From NCBI GenBank assembly GCA_951406725.2, contig OX597821.1:50468001-50532000 (forward strand): 64,000 nt of DNA. The letters are read 5' to 3'. The DNA comes from Octopus vulgaris (Eukaryota). The notes beneath the pieces were generated by a model. The model was given only the letters and a program-made list of their open reading frames with translations. It did no database searches and was not told the DNA's origin. Position 1 is the stretch's first letter; each line of letters starts with the position of its first letter. A program made the position numbers and the translations under genes. Below, piece by piece: positions 1-11,849 of the stretch.

Positions 1-205
1 ACCATTCCACACAAAAGTATCGACAGTCTGAGACTTGTTTGAGACCCAAAACCCACAGCTGATCAGTTCTATGTCCATTGTTCCTGTTGTTTCATTGTTC
101 TGCATCACTGTCAGTGAAGAAAGGAGTGTTGACACCATTCAGCATTCTTCCTCAGTTGTATTTTCGTCGATCTGAATGGAGTTATCGTTTGTTCCAACCA
201 TCTTC
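1..205 (-). mobile_element. Merlin (IS1595/IS1016-like) DDE transposase remnant
   Basis: Minus-strand translation gives IQIDE...KYN*GRMLNG...NNRNNGHRTDQLWVLGLKQVSDCRYFCVEW, matching the Merlin VEIDE/RKYNRGR/WVFG motifs; contains a stop and a frameshift. Confidence 0.65.
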
Positions 206-210
206 TACAT

Positions 211-1015
211 GTTAGTTAGTTAGTTAGTTAGTTAATTTTTTGGCTCATAAAGCAAAAAAGCAAGGCCATGTAGGGGGACATGGAGTTATGTACAGGGTGG
301 TGTTCATGTAAAGAGTTCAGGCCACTTGTGGTCAAGGGAGACTTTGAACCGAGCGGTCGTCGGCATCTTCACCATCTCGTCCGGCAGCTTATTCCACGGA
401 TCTGCAACCCGGACGGAGAAAGCCCCTCTCCTTCGATTGAGATGAAATCGTCGCAGATAGAGCTTTTTGGAATGACCCTGCAGCCGACACTCTGGAGCAG
501 GAGTGAAGAACAGCTCCTTCGAGAGGTTACATTTTCTGCTTATGATGTTGTGAGCAAGAATGAGATCACACAGCGGCGGCGTTTTTCTAGAGAATAAAGG
601 TCAAGCGTCTTCAGCCTTTCTTCATAAGACAAATTCTTGAGACCAAGAACCATGCGGGTAGCTAGCTTCTGGACTCTTTTGAGATGCTATATGTCTTTGA
701 GGAGATAAGGAGAAGAGGCTTGAATCCCGTACTCCAATATGGGTCTCACCAACATGACATAGAGCGGTAGGAATGTGGCTGCTGTGAGCATTCCGAATGA
801 CCGTCGAATCAAGAACAGAACTCCGCGTGCTTTGTTGGTAGCATGGACACACTGGGCCGAAGGCGAAAAGGAGGAATCCACCAAGATACCCAGGTCCAGC
901 AGCAGACGACCCGGCTCGAAATCAAGTTGAGTTGCAGGAGGAGAGCCAACAGGCAGATGACAGCACTTTGACACATTCAGACACAGGTCCCATTCGTTAG
1001 ACCATCTCCAAATTG
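211..1015 (-). mobile_element. 5'-truncated CR1/L2-like LINE (family with (TAAC)n tail), RT C-terminus + 3' end
   Basis: ORF 687-1046 contains DLGILVDSSFSPSAQC...LVRPILEY; (GTTA)n tail at 211-234; similar copies at 36413-37038 and 42381-42755. Confidence 0.9.
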
Positions 1016-1409
1016 ATAAACTATGACTCCACACCCCTCGCGGCACATATTGTACTAGTCAGTTATAGTATTTTTAGATTTTCTTGTTAGTCACTGCTGT
1101 GGTCATGGGTACATCCATGACAAAGAAAAATATTAGTTCTAAAATCTCTCAGGCTCAGCTTGCAGTTCAATTTGTTGTTAATGTCCGTATAATGGAAAAA
1201 TTGGTTTCCTTTAGAAACTGAACGTTTAAGGTTGATAACCCAGGCTTATACTGTTTGACAACATGGTAGACCACATGCTACACTAGCACCCAATATCCAA
1301 TGGTCATTCCAGTTCAGGTTTGCAAATTCATTTATCAAAAATAAATAGATAAATAAAATAAAGGATCAATTGAAAGTAGTAACGAAATTTTAAGACTATT
1401 AGCTTTTAG

Positions 1410-1770
1410 TTATTTCAGTCATTCAACTGTGGTCATGCTATGGCATCGCCTTCAAGGATTTTGTGAAACAAAACTCTAGTATTAGCTTTTCTTTTTTCAT
1501 TTTATTTTTCATGAGGTACTTATTCTATCCACCACTTTTGCTGAGAAGTAATAACAAGGGCGTAAACAAACCACAGCCGGTTGAACCAACAACACAAACT
1601 ACACACACACACAACGGGCTACTTTCAGTCTCTATCTACCACATCCACTCAGGTTTTGGTCGACCTGGGCTATACTAGAAGACAACCAAGGTGCCACGCA
1701 ATGGGACTGAACTCAAGACTACACAGTTGAGAAGCAAGCGTCATAACTACATAGCCATGTCTGCAGCAGT
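1410..1770 (-). mobile_element. tRNA-derived SINE family B (CORE-like, internal CA/TA microsatellite), degenerate
   Basis: Reverse-complement similarity to the full copy at 42935-43345. Confidence 0.7.
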
Positions 1771-1858
1771 AGATAAAACTTGCATAAATACAATTACTGT
1801 CCTTATACACAAAATTCTAATACAACAGGGGCAGGAAGGCTGTGTGGTAAGAAGCTTG

Positions 1859-2667
1859 GGATCTTTTCCTTTTGAACGGCACTTTGTAACATAATTTCTA
1901 GGTAACTAAAAAGTTTTAAACTTCGTATACAGGTAGAATCTCTCTATATATAAACGGCAGTTTGTCTGTGTGTGTTTCTGTGTGTCTGTTAGGTTGTACC
2001 CTCACCCTGACCACGGCTTTCAACCGATTCTGATGAAACTTGACACACACATAGCCCAATGTCATAATTCAAAACTAACGCAGCGAAAATTTTGAAAAGT
2101 TCCCCCAGTTCTAAAAAAATTCGATAAATTCGACATGGGGTCGAGAATCAGAAACACAAACCACAGACTGTCTAGGGGACGCAACTCGACCTTTTTAACT
2201 AAAAAAAAAATTTACCATAATTTTTTTCCCATTTTTTGGCTATAACTCTCTAAAAATGCTTTATAGTTATTTCCCTTACAAACCCAAGCAACACCGGGCG
2301 ATACTGCTAGTGTGTTTATAAAACATCATTTTCTCTTGGCTTTATTGAGAAAATTCTATAGTTTGTAAGATATTTCGTCTGAAATTACTTGCATTTCAGC
2401 TATTTTAACCAATCAATTACCTCCATTGACATAAATAACATTCTGTGCATAATGAATATGTCCCTCGCTTAAGAAACAGTTTGGGTTTATTTACATTTGT
2501 GAAGAAAAAAGATACCCTTGCCCCACCCATAACCCTAAATCTAAAATAGATTGAAATGCAATAGATCGATACTAGGGTTATAATTATGGGTGACAATTTC
2601 ATACAACACCACTACGGAAAATGGGATTTTTTTCTAGCAGTGTCAAATGAAAATGTCACCCATAATG
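1859..2667. mobile_element. Palindromic MITE (GGATCTTTTC terminus), left half plus hairpin centre, interrupted by a Helitron
   Basis: Inverted match to 3191-3578; centre hairpin attatgggtgacaatttcat.../...gaaaatgtcacccataat at 2583-2666. Confidence 0.7.
1939..2310 (+). mobile_element. Non-autonomous Helitron
   Basis: 5'-TC at 1939, 3'-CTAG at 2307-2310 preceded by a ccc..ggg hairpin, inserted between A and T with no TSD; removing it restores host ggtagaatgtgtttataaaac; shares ends with the helicase-bearing copy at 52385-53825. Confidence 0.85.
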
Positions 2668-2940
2668 GAGGGAGTATGTGGACGCAGGTTTTTTTTTCCC
2701 AAAATGCATGGTGGTACACTTGTCCACAGCCAGTTTCAGTTGCCAGTCTGTGATCAGCATTGCTGCATTGTGTCCAGGTCTGATTGCATTGTCATTAATG
2801 TATGCCACAAACAAGAGGGGACCAAGGACAGATCCCTGTGGTACACCCGATGACATCTCATATGGTGTAGAATGCTGTCCTAGAACTGTGACTACCTCCT
2901 TTCGGTTGAGAATGAAGGATTTCAACCAGTTAAAAAGGTT
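2668..2940 (-). mobile_element. CR1-like LINE RT internal fragment
   Basis: SGVPQGSVLGPLLFVAYIND motif; same family as 5640-6885. Confidence 0.85.
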
Positions 2941-3190
2941 GAAAACTTCGATGCGGTGCCCTAGTATGGCCGCGGTTAAATGACAAACAAGTAAAAGATA
3001 CTATTCCTAATATTTTTAGACTGAAAACAATTCCCGCTCTTCACAACTACGAACTTCGAATTAAATCAATATACATTGCTAATAAGCTACCGTAAGTTCG
3101 CAGCAAAACTACTTAGTTTTAAAGAGTTGTTCCCCTTGGATTGCATACACAATTCTTTTTAAGCGAACGTAATTTCAGAATTGCCAGTCA

Positions 3191-3578
3191 GGATCTAGCA
3201 GTGTCATATGAAATAGTCACCCATAATTATGACCCAAGTATCGATCTATTGCATTTCAATCTGTTTTAGGGTTAGGGTTAGTTAGGGGTGGGGGGAAGGG
3301 TATCTTTTTTTCTTCAGAAATGTAAATAAACCCAATCTGTTTCTTAAACGAGGGACATATTCATACGGCACAGAATGTTTTTTTTACCTCAATACACGTC
3401 ATTGATTAGTTGAAATTGCAGAAAAACAACAACAAATATCTTACAAACTATAGAATTTTCTCAATAAAGCCAAGAGAAAATGATGTTTTATAAACACATT
3501 CTACCAGTATACGAAGTTTAAAATTTTTTTGTTACCTAGAAATTATGTTAAAAACCGCCGTTCAAACCGAAAAGATCC
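3191..3578. mobile_element. Half-palindrome MITE with GGATC/GATCC ends and 8-bp TSD
   Basis: Flanked by gccagtca (3183-3190) and gccagtcg (3579-3586); inverted copy of 1859-2615. Confidence 0.7.
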
Positions 3579-3998
3579 GCCAGTCGTATATATATATATA
3601 TATATAATCAAACCGATAGTGGGATTAAGAGGGTTAAATAGAGAATACGTGGGGTGGGGGTTAAAATGTTACCGAAGCACTCATCTCTAAGTACAATTCC
3701 TTATAGCAGAAAGCTATAAGTTAATGAGGTCGATTACATAATTTATGTCCCTTGTCATTGAATAATTTATACTAGGCTCTGTACTTAACGCTTTATTCTA
3801 AAGCATATGTATGAATGTCGAGTTCTAACAACTGTTTATTAGTATTGCATATAGAAACACACAACAGTGAGTTGACAAACGAAAGAAGGGCCCTCAACAC
3901 ATTTATTGGGGGTTACATGCATGGATCAAAACAGTTTGATCAAACTGCTTTGATCCACACACATTACATACATATATATATATATATATATACACGGT

Positions 3999-4032
<34 letters not shown>

Positions 4033-4069
4033 ATCAAATTAATAATAACATACGATGGATAACTGTCAG

Positions 4070-4154
4070 CTCATTGCAGCCGTTTCTTACATAATTTTTT
4101 AAGAGAAGAATGACAACATTACATCATTATAAAAGACCGTGATCATCAGACAAG
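4070..4154 (-). ncRNA. Degenerate type I hammerhead ribozyme motif
   Basis: Minus strand: CTTGT-CTGATGA-TCAC...GTAA-GAAAC-GGCT-GCA-ATGAG; the cleavage triplet is GCA and stem II is mismatched. Confidence 0.4.
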
Positions 4155-4231
4155 TAATTTTTACAAAACAAAAGAATACCCCAAGAATACACAGGAAATT
4201 GATTTTCTCAAATGCTCTGGAGCTCCCTAAA

Positions 4232-4350
4232 TGTAGTAGATAGTTTCTGTTACCTATCTGACCTAATTAGCAGTGGAAGAGGATGTTCTGAAAGTATAGT
4301 TGCTAGAATAAGAATAGGATGGAAAAAATTTGAAGCTCTATAACTGCTGT
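4232..4350 (+). mobile_element. RTE-clade LINE RT fragment
   Basis: VVDSFCYLSDLISSGRGCSESIVARIRIGWKKF motif. Confidence 0.7.
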
Positions 4351-4496
4351 CATTCTTCACTTCAACACAAGATATTGGCTGTCAGCAATCCTTCAGTTCA
4401 GAATATCAATATTTCTCCACACGAGTTCCCTACACACAAGGAAATAAAGGTTTCAAAATGAAATGTGTTTCAGTGGGCGGAAATACTTTCCCTTTT

Positions 4497-4729
4497 AAGG
4501 CGGCGAGCTGGCAGAAGCGTTAGCATGCCAGGCGAAATGCTTTGCGGTATTTCGTCTGCTGCTATGTTCTGAATTCAAATTCTGCCGAGGTCGACTTTGC
4601 CTTTCATCCTTTCGGGGTCGATTAAATAAGTACCAGTTACGCACTAGGGTCGATCTAATCGACTTAATCTCTTTGTCTGCCCTTGTTTGTCCTCTCTATG
4701 TTTAGCTCCAAGTGGGCAATAAAGAAATA
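4497..4729 (+). mobile_element. tRNA-derived SINE family A (B-box GAGTTCAAATTCC in other copies; central gcctttcatcctttcggggtcgat domain)
   Basis: Multi-copy in the window; TSD ggaaatactttc(c/t)ctt at 4479-4494 and 4730-4745. Confidence 0.9.
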
Positions 4730-5039
4730 GGAAATACTTTCTCTTAAAGAGTGCTATTACAAAGTATTTTATCAAGCATCTACCAAAAGTGAAGGAGTGA
4801 AAAAACATCTATAGAAGTATCCTGGAAAAAAAAAAATTCAGTTGTTTGAAATATTGAAAAGAATATTTTTAATTGAAGTATAATTTTTGTAACTGAAACA
4901 GGATATTGCTTTCTTTTTTTAATAAAAAAAATGGTATGTAAAATTCAATTTGATAGCAATGATGACTGCTGACACTTGGTGGAATCAGATAGGTGAATAA
5001 CCTCTTGTTTTTCTCATAATTCATTTAATTTTTACGTGC

Positions 5040-5215
5040 CTATGACATGCAGAAGGCACCCAGTACACACTGTAAAGTGGTTGGTGTTAGGAAGGACATC
5101 AAGCTGTAGAAACCAAACCAAAACAGATGGCTGGAGCCTGGTGCAAGCAGCTCTCCAGCAAACCATCTAACCCATACCAGCATGGAAAACGGACATTAAA
5201 TGATGAAGATGATGT
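5040..5215 (+). mobile_element. RTE LINE 3' UTR fragment with (GAT)n tail
   Basis: Matches the 3' UTR following the RTE ORF end at 36190-36330 (gtggttggcgttaggaagggcatccagctgtagaaac...ggacattaaatgatga). Confidence 0.75.
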
Positions 5216-5639
5216 TGCAGAGAAAAAGTTTAGGGTAAAAAAAGAGTAATGTTTGTTGAAAAAAAGTGATAAATATGGTTTCTTTGTTTTTTGTGTCATA
5301 AGTAAAGATTTTACAGAAAACAAAAATGTGACAACCCCCTCCACACTCCGCAAAAAAGTAGTTGGTGAAGGTGCGGATGGAATTTTTTTAAGAAATTTTT
5401 TTAATGGCAATTTCAAGATGAAATGTTGGGGAGACAGTTAAGAAGTTTCAAAAAATTTTTTTGTTAATTGCAGATTAAAAGTTTAGCAGAAGCATTTCAG
5501 AATATGAAATACTATAAATGACAAAAAGAAAACAGATTTCATTTCAATTATGAAATACAATGAATAGCAGGATGGCGGAAAGGTGGAAAAAAAAAAATTT
5601 AATGCAAATTACAAGTGTTTTACAATGTTTTACAATCAC

Positions 5640-6885
5640 TGATCGCGGATCCTGGGTGGATGTTGTTTACCTGGACTTTGCTAAGGCTTTTAACTCTGTC
5701 CCACACAAAAGACTTATGGTGAAACTCTCTGCGTTGGGTGTAACAGACAATCTCTATAACTGGTTGAAGTCCTTTTATTATCGGCCGAAAAGAGGTCGTC
5801 ACAGTTCTAGGACAGCACTCTTCACCCTATGAGATGACATCTGGTGTACCACAGGGATCTGCTCGTGGCCCCCTTTTATTTGTTGCATATGTTAATGACA
5901 TAGATGCCAACTTAAAGAATGCCACAGTGCTGAAATATGCAGATGACATCAAGCTGTACCTCGAAATAAAGAGGTCAGATCCTGTACATTATAGATCTCT
6001 ATTGCAATCAGACCTGGACACAATGCAGCAGTGGATCATGGACTGGCAACTCAAGCTGGCTGTGGACAAATGTACCACCATGCATTTTGGGAGGAAAAAC
6101 CCAGTGTCTACTTACTCCCTCCACAACACTAATCTCAAAAAGTATTCTTGTGAACATGACCTGGGCATCATTTTCAAGTGATTTGCATTGGACAAAACAC
6201 ATTGCTAAAATTGCCAAGAAGGCTGAGGGTGTCTTGGCATCACTCACCAAGTCCTTTGTGAGCCGCTCTCAGGCTATCTATCTGCGGCTTTATATAGCTA
6301 TGGTACGACCTCACCTGGAATTTGCATCACTGATCTGGAACCCCTATCTTGCCCAGGATATTAATCATCTGGAAGCCGTTCAGCGATGTGCAACCAAGAG
6401 AATACCCTCTATCAGGCATTTGCCATATTCTGAACGCCTTACTTCCCTGGGCATGGACACATTGAAACTCCGACGTCTGGCAGCTGACTTGGCAGACACC
6501 CATAAAATTATTAACCATCTTACAAACAATAACTCTGAGTACCTTTTCAAACTCCACCTGTGGACATGTTTACAAAGTCAGAAAACAGCACAGCTCCCAT
6601 GACTTTCGGAAACATTTTTTCACGCTAAGAGTTGCTGAAGCATGGAACAGACTGCCAGTATCAGTTGTTAGTTGTCGGAGCACTGCATCCTTCAAAACTT
6701 CCATGCTTCCTGAGATTCGCTAACACTAGACCTGATTTTCTCCCCTCCATACACACACAAGCATGTATCTGACTCATACACTGTTCGCTCTCTAGACATT
6801 TGTACATTACTGCATATACTTTATATGCACTTTTTGACAAGTTGTGGTGCACCTGAGCACTGTATACAATAATTTCATTGTTATT
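5640..6885 (+). mobile_element. 5'-truncated CR1-like LINE, RT domain + 3' UTR with (ATT)n tail
   Basis: VDVVYLDFAKAF, SGVPQGS, KYADD and VRPHLEFAS motifs spread over frameshifted ORFs 5560-6602. Confidence 0.92.
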
Positions 6886-7175
6886 AAACCACAAGGTTCC
6901 GAGTTTAGTCCCACAGAGTGACACTTTTTGCAGGTGCCTTTTAGCATTGCCCCGAGCTGAATAAAGCTTTGAGTGAATTTGGTAGACGGAAACTTAAAAC
7001 CAAACACATGCGGATCTGTCCTTGTCACTGCTTGGTAACAGGTCTTAGTTTTTTTACATTTCCGGAGGATAGCGGTTCGTCAAAAAGGAACGATAAATAT
7101 CGGACTTCAAAAATGGAAGTCGACGTGATGCCCCAGCATGGCTGTAGTCGAACAACTAAAACAAGTAAAACAAAA
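6885..7175 (+). mobile_element. SINE family B, degenerate
   Basis: Similar to 42935-43345 (ggtagacggaaact, ccccagcatggctg, aaacaagtaaaa). Confidence 0.65.
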
Positions 7176-7645
7176 GATAATTCACATTTAGCAAACGGAC
7201 TGGTGGAGGGCTACTTGCACCAGGATCCAACCATCTGTTTTAGTTTGGTTTCTACAGCTTGATGCCCGTCCTAACACCAACCACTTAACAGTGGTTTTTC
7301 GCAATATAAATATTATCTAAAATTTATTTACCGGTGGAATTCTGCTTTACGCATGCCATATAACCCCGAATAACTTTATTTTCAGAAACTTTTTGAGAAT
7401 TTGTATTCTACGCACGGGAATTCACACAACTAACAAAAAAAGTTTAAAAAAAAATTTTCCAAATTTTAAAAATTTTGGTCAATTTTTCGAATATTTTTTT
7501 TAATCGCAGTCTAAAATACGGATAGTCCGAATTTTTAGTTTAAATCTCAGCAAAAGACCAATAAATGTGTCAATGAGGAGAAAAATTGGGTAATTTTTTT
7601 CCACCTTGCCACACTCTGTTTTCCGGATCCCCAAAAGGGTTTTGG

Positions 7646-7860
7646 GATCTTTTCCTTTAGATAGACAGAATTCAACCCAATTTCTAGTTAACTAAACAAT
7701 TTGAAACTTCGTATACTGGTAGAATGTGTCAAAAGAAAACATTATTTTCACTTGGCTTTTTTGATAAATTTGTAATTTGTAAGTTTAACGTAGTTTAATT
7801 CTTCGAATTTTAACTAATGAATCGCCAGTATTTTTTTGTAGCATATTAGAATGTCACAGT
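7646..7860 (+). mobile_element. MITE end related to the 1859 family
   Basis: gggatcttttcc...aaacttcgtatactggtagaatgtgt shared with 1859-1938. Confidence 0.6.
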
Positions 7861-7956
7861 AATTCATTCAACGAAAAAAAAAAAAACTAAAAGAAAAAAA
7901 ACCGAATAATGTTGAGTAACATCAATACATCAGACTGATAAACAAACGAGGAGTGT

Positions 7957-8290
7957 GTTTACCTGCAGTATGTTTCAATGAAAGTCTTCCATTCTGCTCG
8001 GACGACGACAAGCCGCGAGTTGGGAAGTTGCCGAAAGAGGACGTGTTTCCACAGAATTATGGTAACGTAATGAATGACAAATAGGTTCAAAACAAGACGC
8101 TGGCAGTATAATAAGAACCGATCGCACTGAATATATATATATATATCTACCCGATATATGCAAGATAATACACGTTTTAGTGTGAACTTCCGGTAACGCA
8201 TAGACAATGACCGTCTTCTAGGTGGGTCCTGTCCGGAGAGAAGTTTCCATGACCGGAGTACAGTTTGTGCGCATGCGTCAAAGACAGGTA
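7957..8290 (-). promoter_or_regulatory. Candidate promoter and first exon of a minus-strand gene extending left of the window
   Basis: CpG-retaining island in a CpG-poor background; NRF1-like TGCGCATGCG (~8267), ETS ACTTCCGG (~8186), minus-strand donor CAG|GTAAAC at ~7962. Confidence 0.45.
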
Positions 8291-8701
8291 GTTGTTGGGG
8301 TGGGGGGAGGGTTGAAGTGTTGATGTTAAAAAACAATTTTTTAAAAAATTTCTCCTTTGCAAACATTGCTTGTTCAATCGTTTCTGCAACCAGCTTTGCT
8401 GTTTGTGCGTGATATAAACCATTCAAAATTTTTGGCAGAATTCTGATTTAAGCACCCCATATAACCTTTCCTTGTAACTTATTTTATTTTCGAAACTTAC
8501 AGAAAATTCTTGCGAATTTGTGTTCTTCACTCAGGAATTCATATGCTCATGCAAAAAAAAAAAAAAAAAAAGAGAGAAATTTTATGTGATTTACGGGCAA
8601 TTCAGTTATTTTTAGAGCATCTCCCGACTACCTGACACCTTCTTCGGTTCTTCGTCCCTCTGACTCTGACATTTTTTTTTCTCCAATATTTTTCTGTCCC
8701 C

Positions 8702-8870
8702 AGGCGGCGAGCTGGCAGAATCGTTAGCGGTATTTCGTTTGTCTTTACGTTCTGAGTTCAAATTCCGCCGAGGTCGCCTTTGCCTATACCAGTTACATCT
8801 TGGGGTCGATCTAATCGACTGGCTTCCTCCACCAAAATTTCGGGCCTTGTGCCTAGAGTAGAAAAGAATA
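8702..8870 (+). mobile_element. SINE family A, internally deleted
   Basis: ggcggcgagctggcagaa...gagttcaaattccgccgaggtc. Confidence 0.75.
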
Positions 8871-9544
8871 TATTTCTGCCCATAAACACATTTAATGGAA
8901 GGATGATGCGCCCAAGAGAGGTCCATAGCTGGGATTTAAGCAAAAAATTCGGACTGTCCATTTATTAAAATCTGGTTTTTAAAACAAGAATTCGAAGAGG
9001 AAGAGGGGTTTAAAAACATTTTTATTATAATTTTCATCCCTTTTTTTTTTCTTGTCATTAGTGTGTTTCTTCCTGCTTACTTAATACTAATAACATTTTA
9101 TTTTTAAGCCTGTTTCAGTTTATGACAACGTTTTGCGTATCTACCCTAACTCCTTTTGCGTACCTACACAAATGTGACTCCTTCACTTTAGTTTCCTCAT
9201 AACTTTCTGGAAAATGGAAAACGATGGTTTGCGTCTTTTATACCTCCACCAAAAAATTTCATGAAAAGATACCCACATTTTTTGGACGTTATGAGGGAAT
9301 AAAGTCGGTGTTAGGGTGGGACTTGTGAAGGTATACCTTGTTTTGATGGTAAATAAGCCTAAGTACGTTTTTCCCTTAATTTTGAAAATCGACACCAGTT
9401 CTTTCTTTTTTATGCCGGGTACTTTTTTTTTATTGGCCTCTTTTACCGAACCGCTACGTTACGCGAACGTAAACATACCAACACCAGTGATCAAGCAGTG
9501 GTGGGGAAGAGACACAAAGCCACTATATATATATATATATATAT

Positions 9545-10630
9545 TTTCTGTTGTGTCTGGGGAGAGTCATTCTCTTTTAGTGCCTTATAATTTGACACAC
9601 TCACCGGTAACATTTGTAAGGACGTACTATTGAAAAGTTTGCAAGACGCAACGAAAATCTTAGAGATATAGTTCTTGTCTGTTCATATAATCTGTGTACC
9701 TCTCCGTCTGTATGTTGATATGTTTATTTTCATATCCATATTCTAACATACATGTGCATATTCACATATATACACGCACACATACACATCTGTCTACATA
9801 ACAGCCCACTAACTATTCTACTCTACCTGTGTAAAATGTGGGTAGAGCTGGCAGAAACGTTAGCACGCCGGGCGAAATGCGTAGCCGTATTTCGTCTGCC
9901 GTTACGTTCCGAGTTCAAATTCCGCCGAGGTCGACTTTGCCTTTCATCCTTTCGGGGTCGATTAAATAAGTACCAGTCACGCACTGGGGTCAATATAATC
10001 GACTTAATCCGTTTGTCTGTCCCCTCTGTGGGTAGTAAAGAAACAGGTAGGGGGGTATATCTACTATGCCTATTTCCTATTTAGTATTGGGAAAGTTTCA
10101 TTTGTAAGGACGTACAATGGAGACTGAAACACATGACCATATATACACACACACGGACACATATGGAGACATGTGTCCACACATACAAACACGGTACATA
10201 GTTTCAAAACACACATGCGCACAAACGAACAAAAAAAGAACAGTGTAAATAACGGATTGAGTCAAGACTATTGAAAAGGTTGCAAGACACCAACGAAAAT
10301 TTTAGGAAAATATTAAAAAAACGCGGAACCTTCGGTATAGGTACACAGGTGACTTTGTTTACATTTCTGAAGATAACAGAAATCCTTTTCTCCCACCTCT
10401 AACCTTAACACAAACCCTACCCCCCCCCCCATATATAAAAAAAAACACTTTCTTGAAATGTATCCGGTACTTATACCGAAGTTACGCCAAAAAAGAAATA
10501 AGTGGAAATTTTACCGGTGTGTGTGTTAAAATATAAAGCACAAAAAGAAAATTACTCTCCCCAGACGAACGGCAACGAGAAACTCAGAGTAACAGATTTT
10601 GTTGAATTTTCTGCTGCTTTAAATAAAGTA
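9545..10630. mobile_element. Non-autonomous TIR DNA element containing a family A SINE (9843-10047)
   Basis: Inverted ends gtctggggagagtcattctcttttagtgcc...accggtaa and ttaccggt...gcacaaaaagaaaattactctccccagac; internal direct repeats at 9611, 10100 and 10266. Confidence 0.6.
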
Positions 10631-11054
10631 TATATATATATATATAAACCACCGCTTGATAACCGGTGTTGGTGTTTACGTTCCTGTAACTTAGCTGCTT
10701 GGCAACAAGTCCGGTAGAATAAGTACTAAGCTTAAAATTTAAAATGAGTCCAGGGGCCAATTCGTTCGGCTAAAATTCTTCTTGGCGGTGCCCCGGTATT
10801 ACTTTACATACCATACATTTTGATGTGACTTATGTGTGAACAATTCGGCAACAGTAGCCTGCAGGAAAATTGGGAGCTGCCTTAATGAGCAAAATGAAAA
10901 TGTAAAGGAAGAATAAGCCTGTTGTTTCACTGTAACATAACGTAGAATAAAAGAATATATATATATATATATGTGTGTGTGTGTCTGCGTGTGGTGTCTC
11001 GGCATAGCCACTTTTGGCTGCAGCGTATAAGAAAATACACACACATATCTGTTC

Positions 11055-11298
11055 CCGTCTGCTTCCTGTCACCTCCTTTAATTTCATTTGCTTTCCACTT
11101 CCGCCATTTCTTCACTAAATTTTTTTATTTTTATCTAAATTGTGTATACTACCCCATGATTTGCATTTTACCTCTTCTCGTTACAACTTATTTGCCCCTA
11201 CAAAAACTTTTTTCTCTATAATATTTACACAAGTAGCCGTACTGCAAGAGGGAAATACTAAAACGAAAGACCATTAGTGAACCATAACTACAGACGGT
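11055..11298 (+). promoter_or_regulatory. Promoter and non-coding exon 1 of zinc-finger gene 1, ending at donor GT 11297-11298
   Basis: ETS/YY1-like composite CACTTCCGCCATTT (~11097); ACG|GTAAAT donor followed by intron sequence homologous to 33383 onward. Confidence 0.6.
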
Positions 11299-11849
11299 AA
11301 ATATCTTTGAACGAATTTAACGAAAATCAGTATTAAATGTGGATTGTTGTGTTGATTTTCAGCTGGAGTTAAAAGACCTTAATATATATGAACGATAATC
11401 TCCATTAGAACAACATGACAAAATCAGTCTCTTGCATAAAAGCACATTTTATCACCAACACCAAATTTGATCAGTGTTTCCCGCCAATTACACAACATGA
11501 AAACAGTTCATACAAGGTTATTGTATATGTTGTATATATATATATATATATATATGGCTATATTTGCTATGATTATTTAATATCACACACTTTTAATTAA
11601 ATCCCATACATTCTGATGTGAGTTATGTATAAATAGTTCGGTGATAGAAGCATGAATGAAAATTGGAAATGTATGGTATTTGTTTTTTAAGAGCCAAGTG
11701 AAAATGTGAAGACCAAATATTAAGAATATTGTTTCACTCTAGGTCAACCCAGATCGAGCAAATAGATTTGTCATCGAAGGTATTCCAGCTGTGACTACTA
11801 CGTTTTCTCTGGGTTTTTTTAGATACACCATTCTCGAACCAAAAAATAA

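Noticed and set aside
7959-8426. 155-aa minus-strand ORF
   Set aside because: Non-ATG start, spans a repeat edge, promoter motifs and a TA run, and has no recognisable domain
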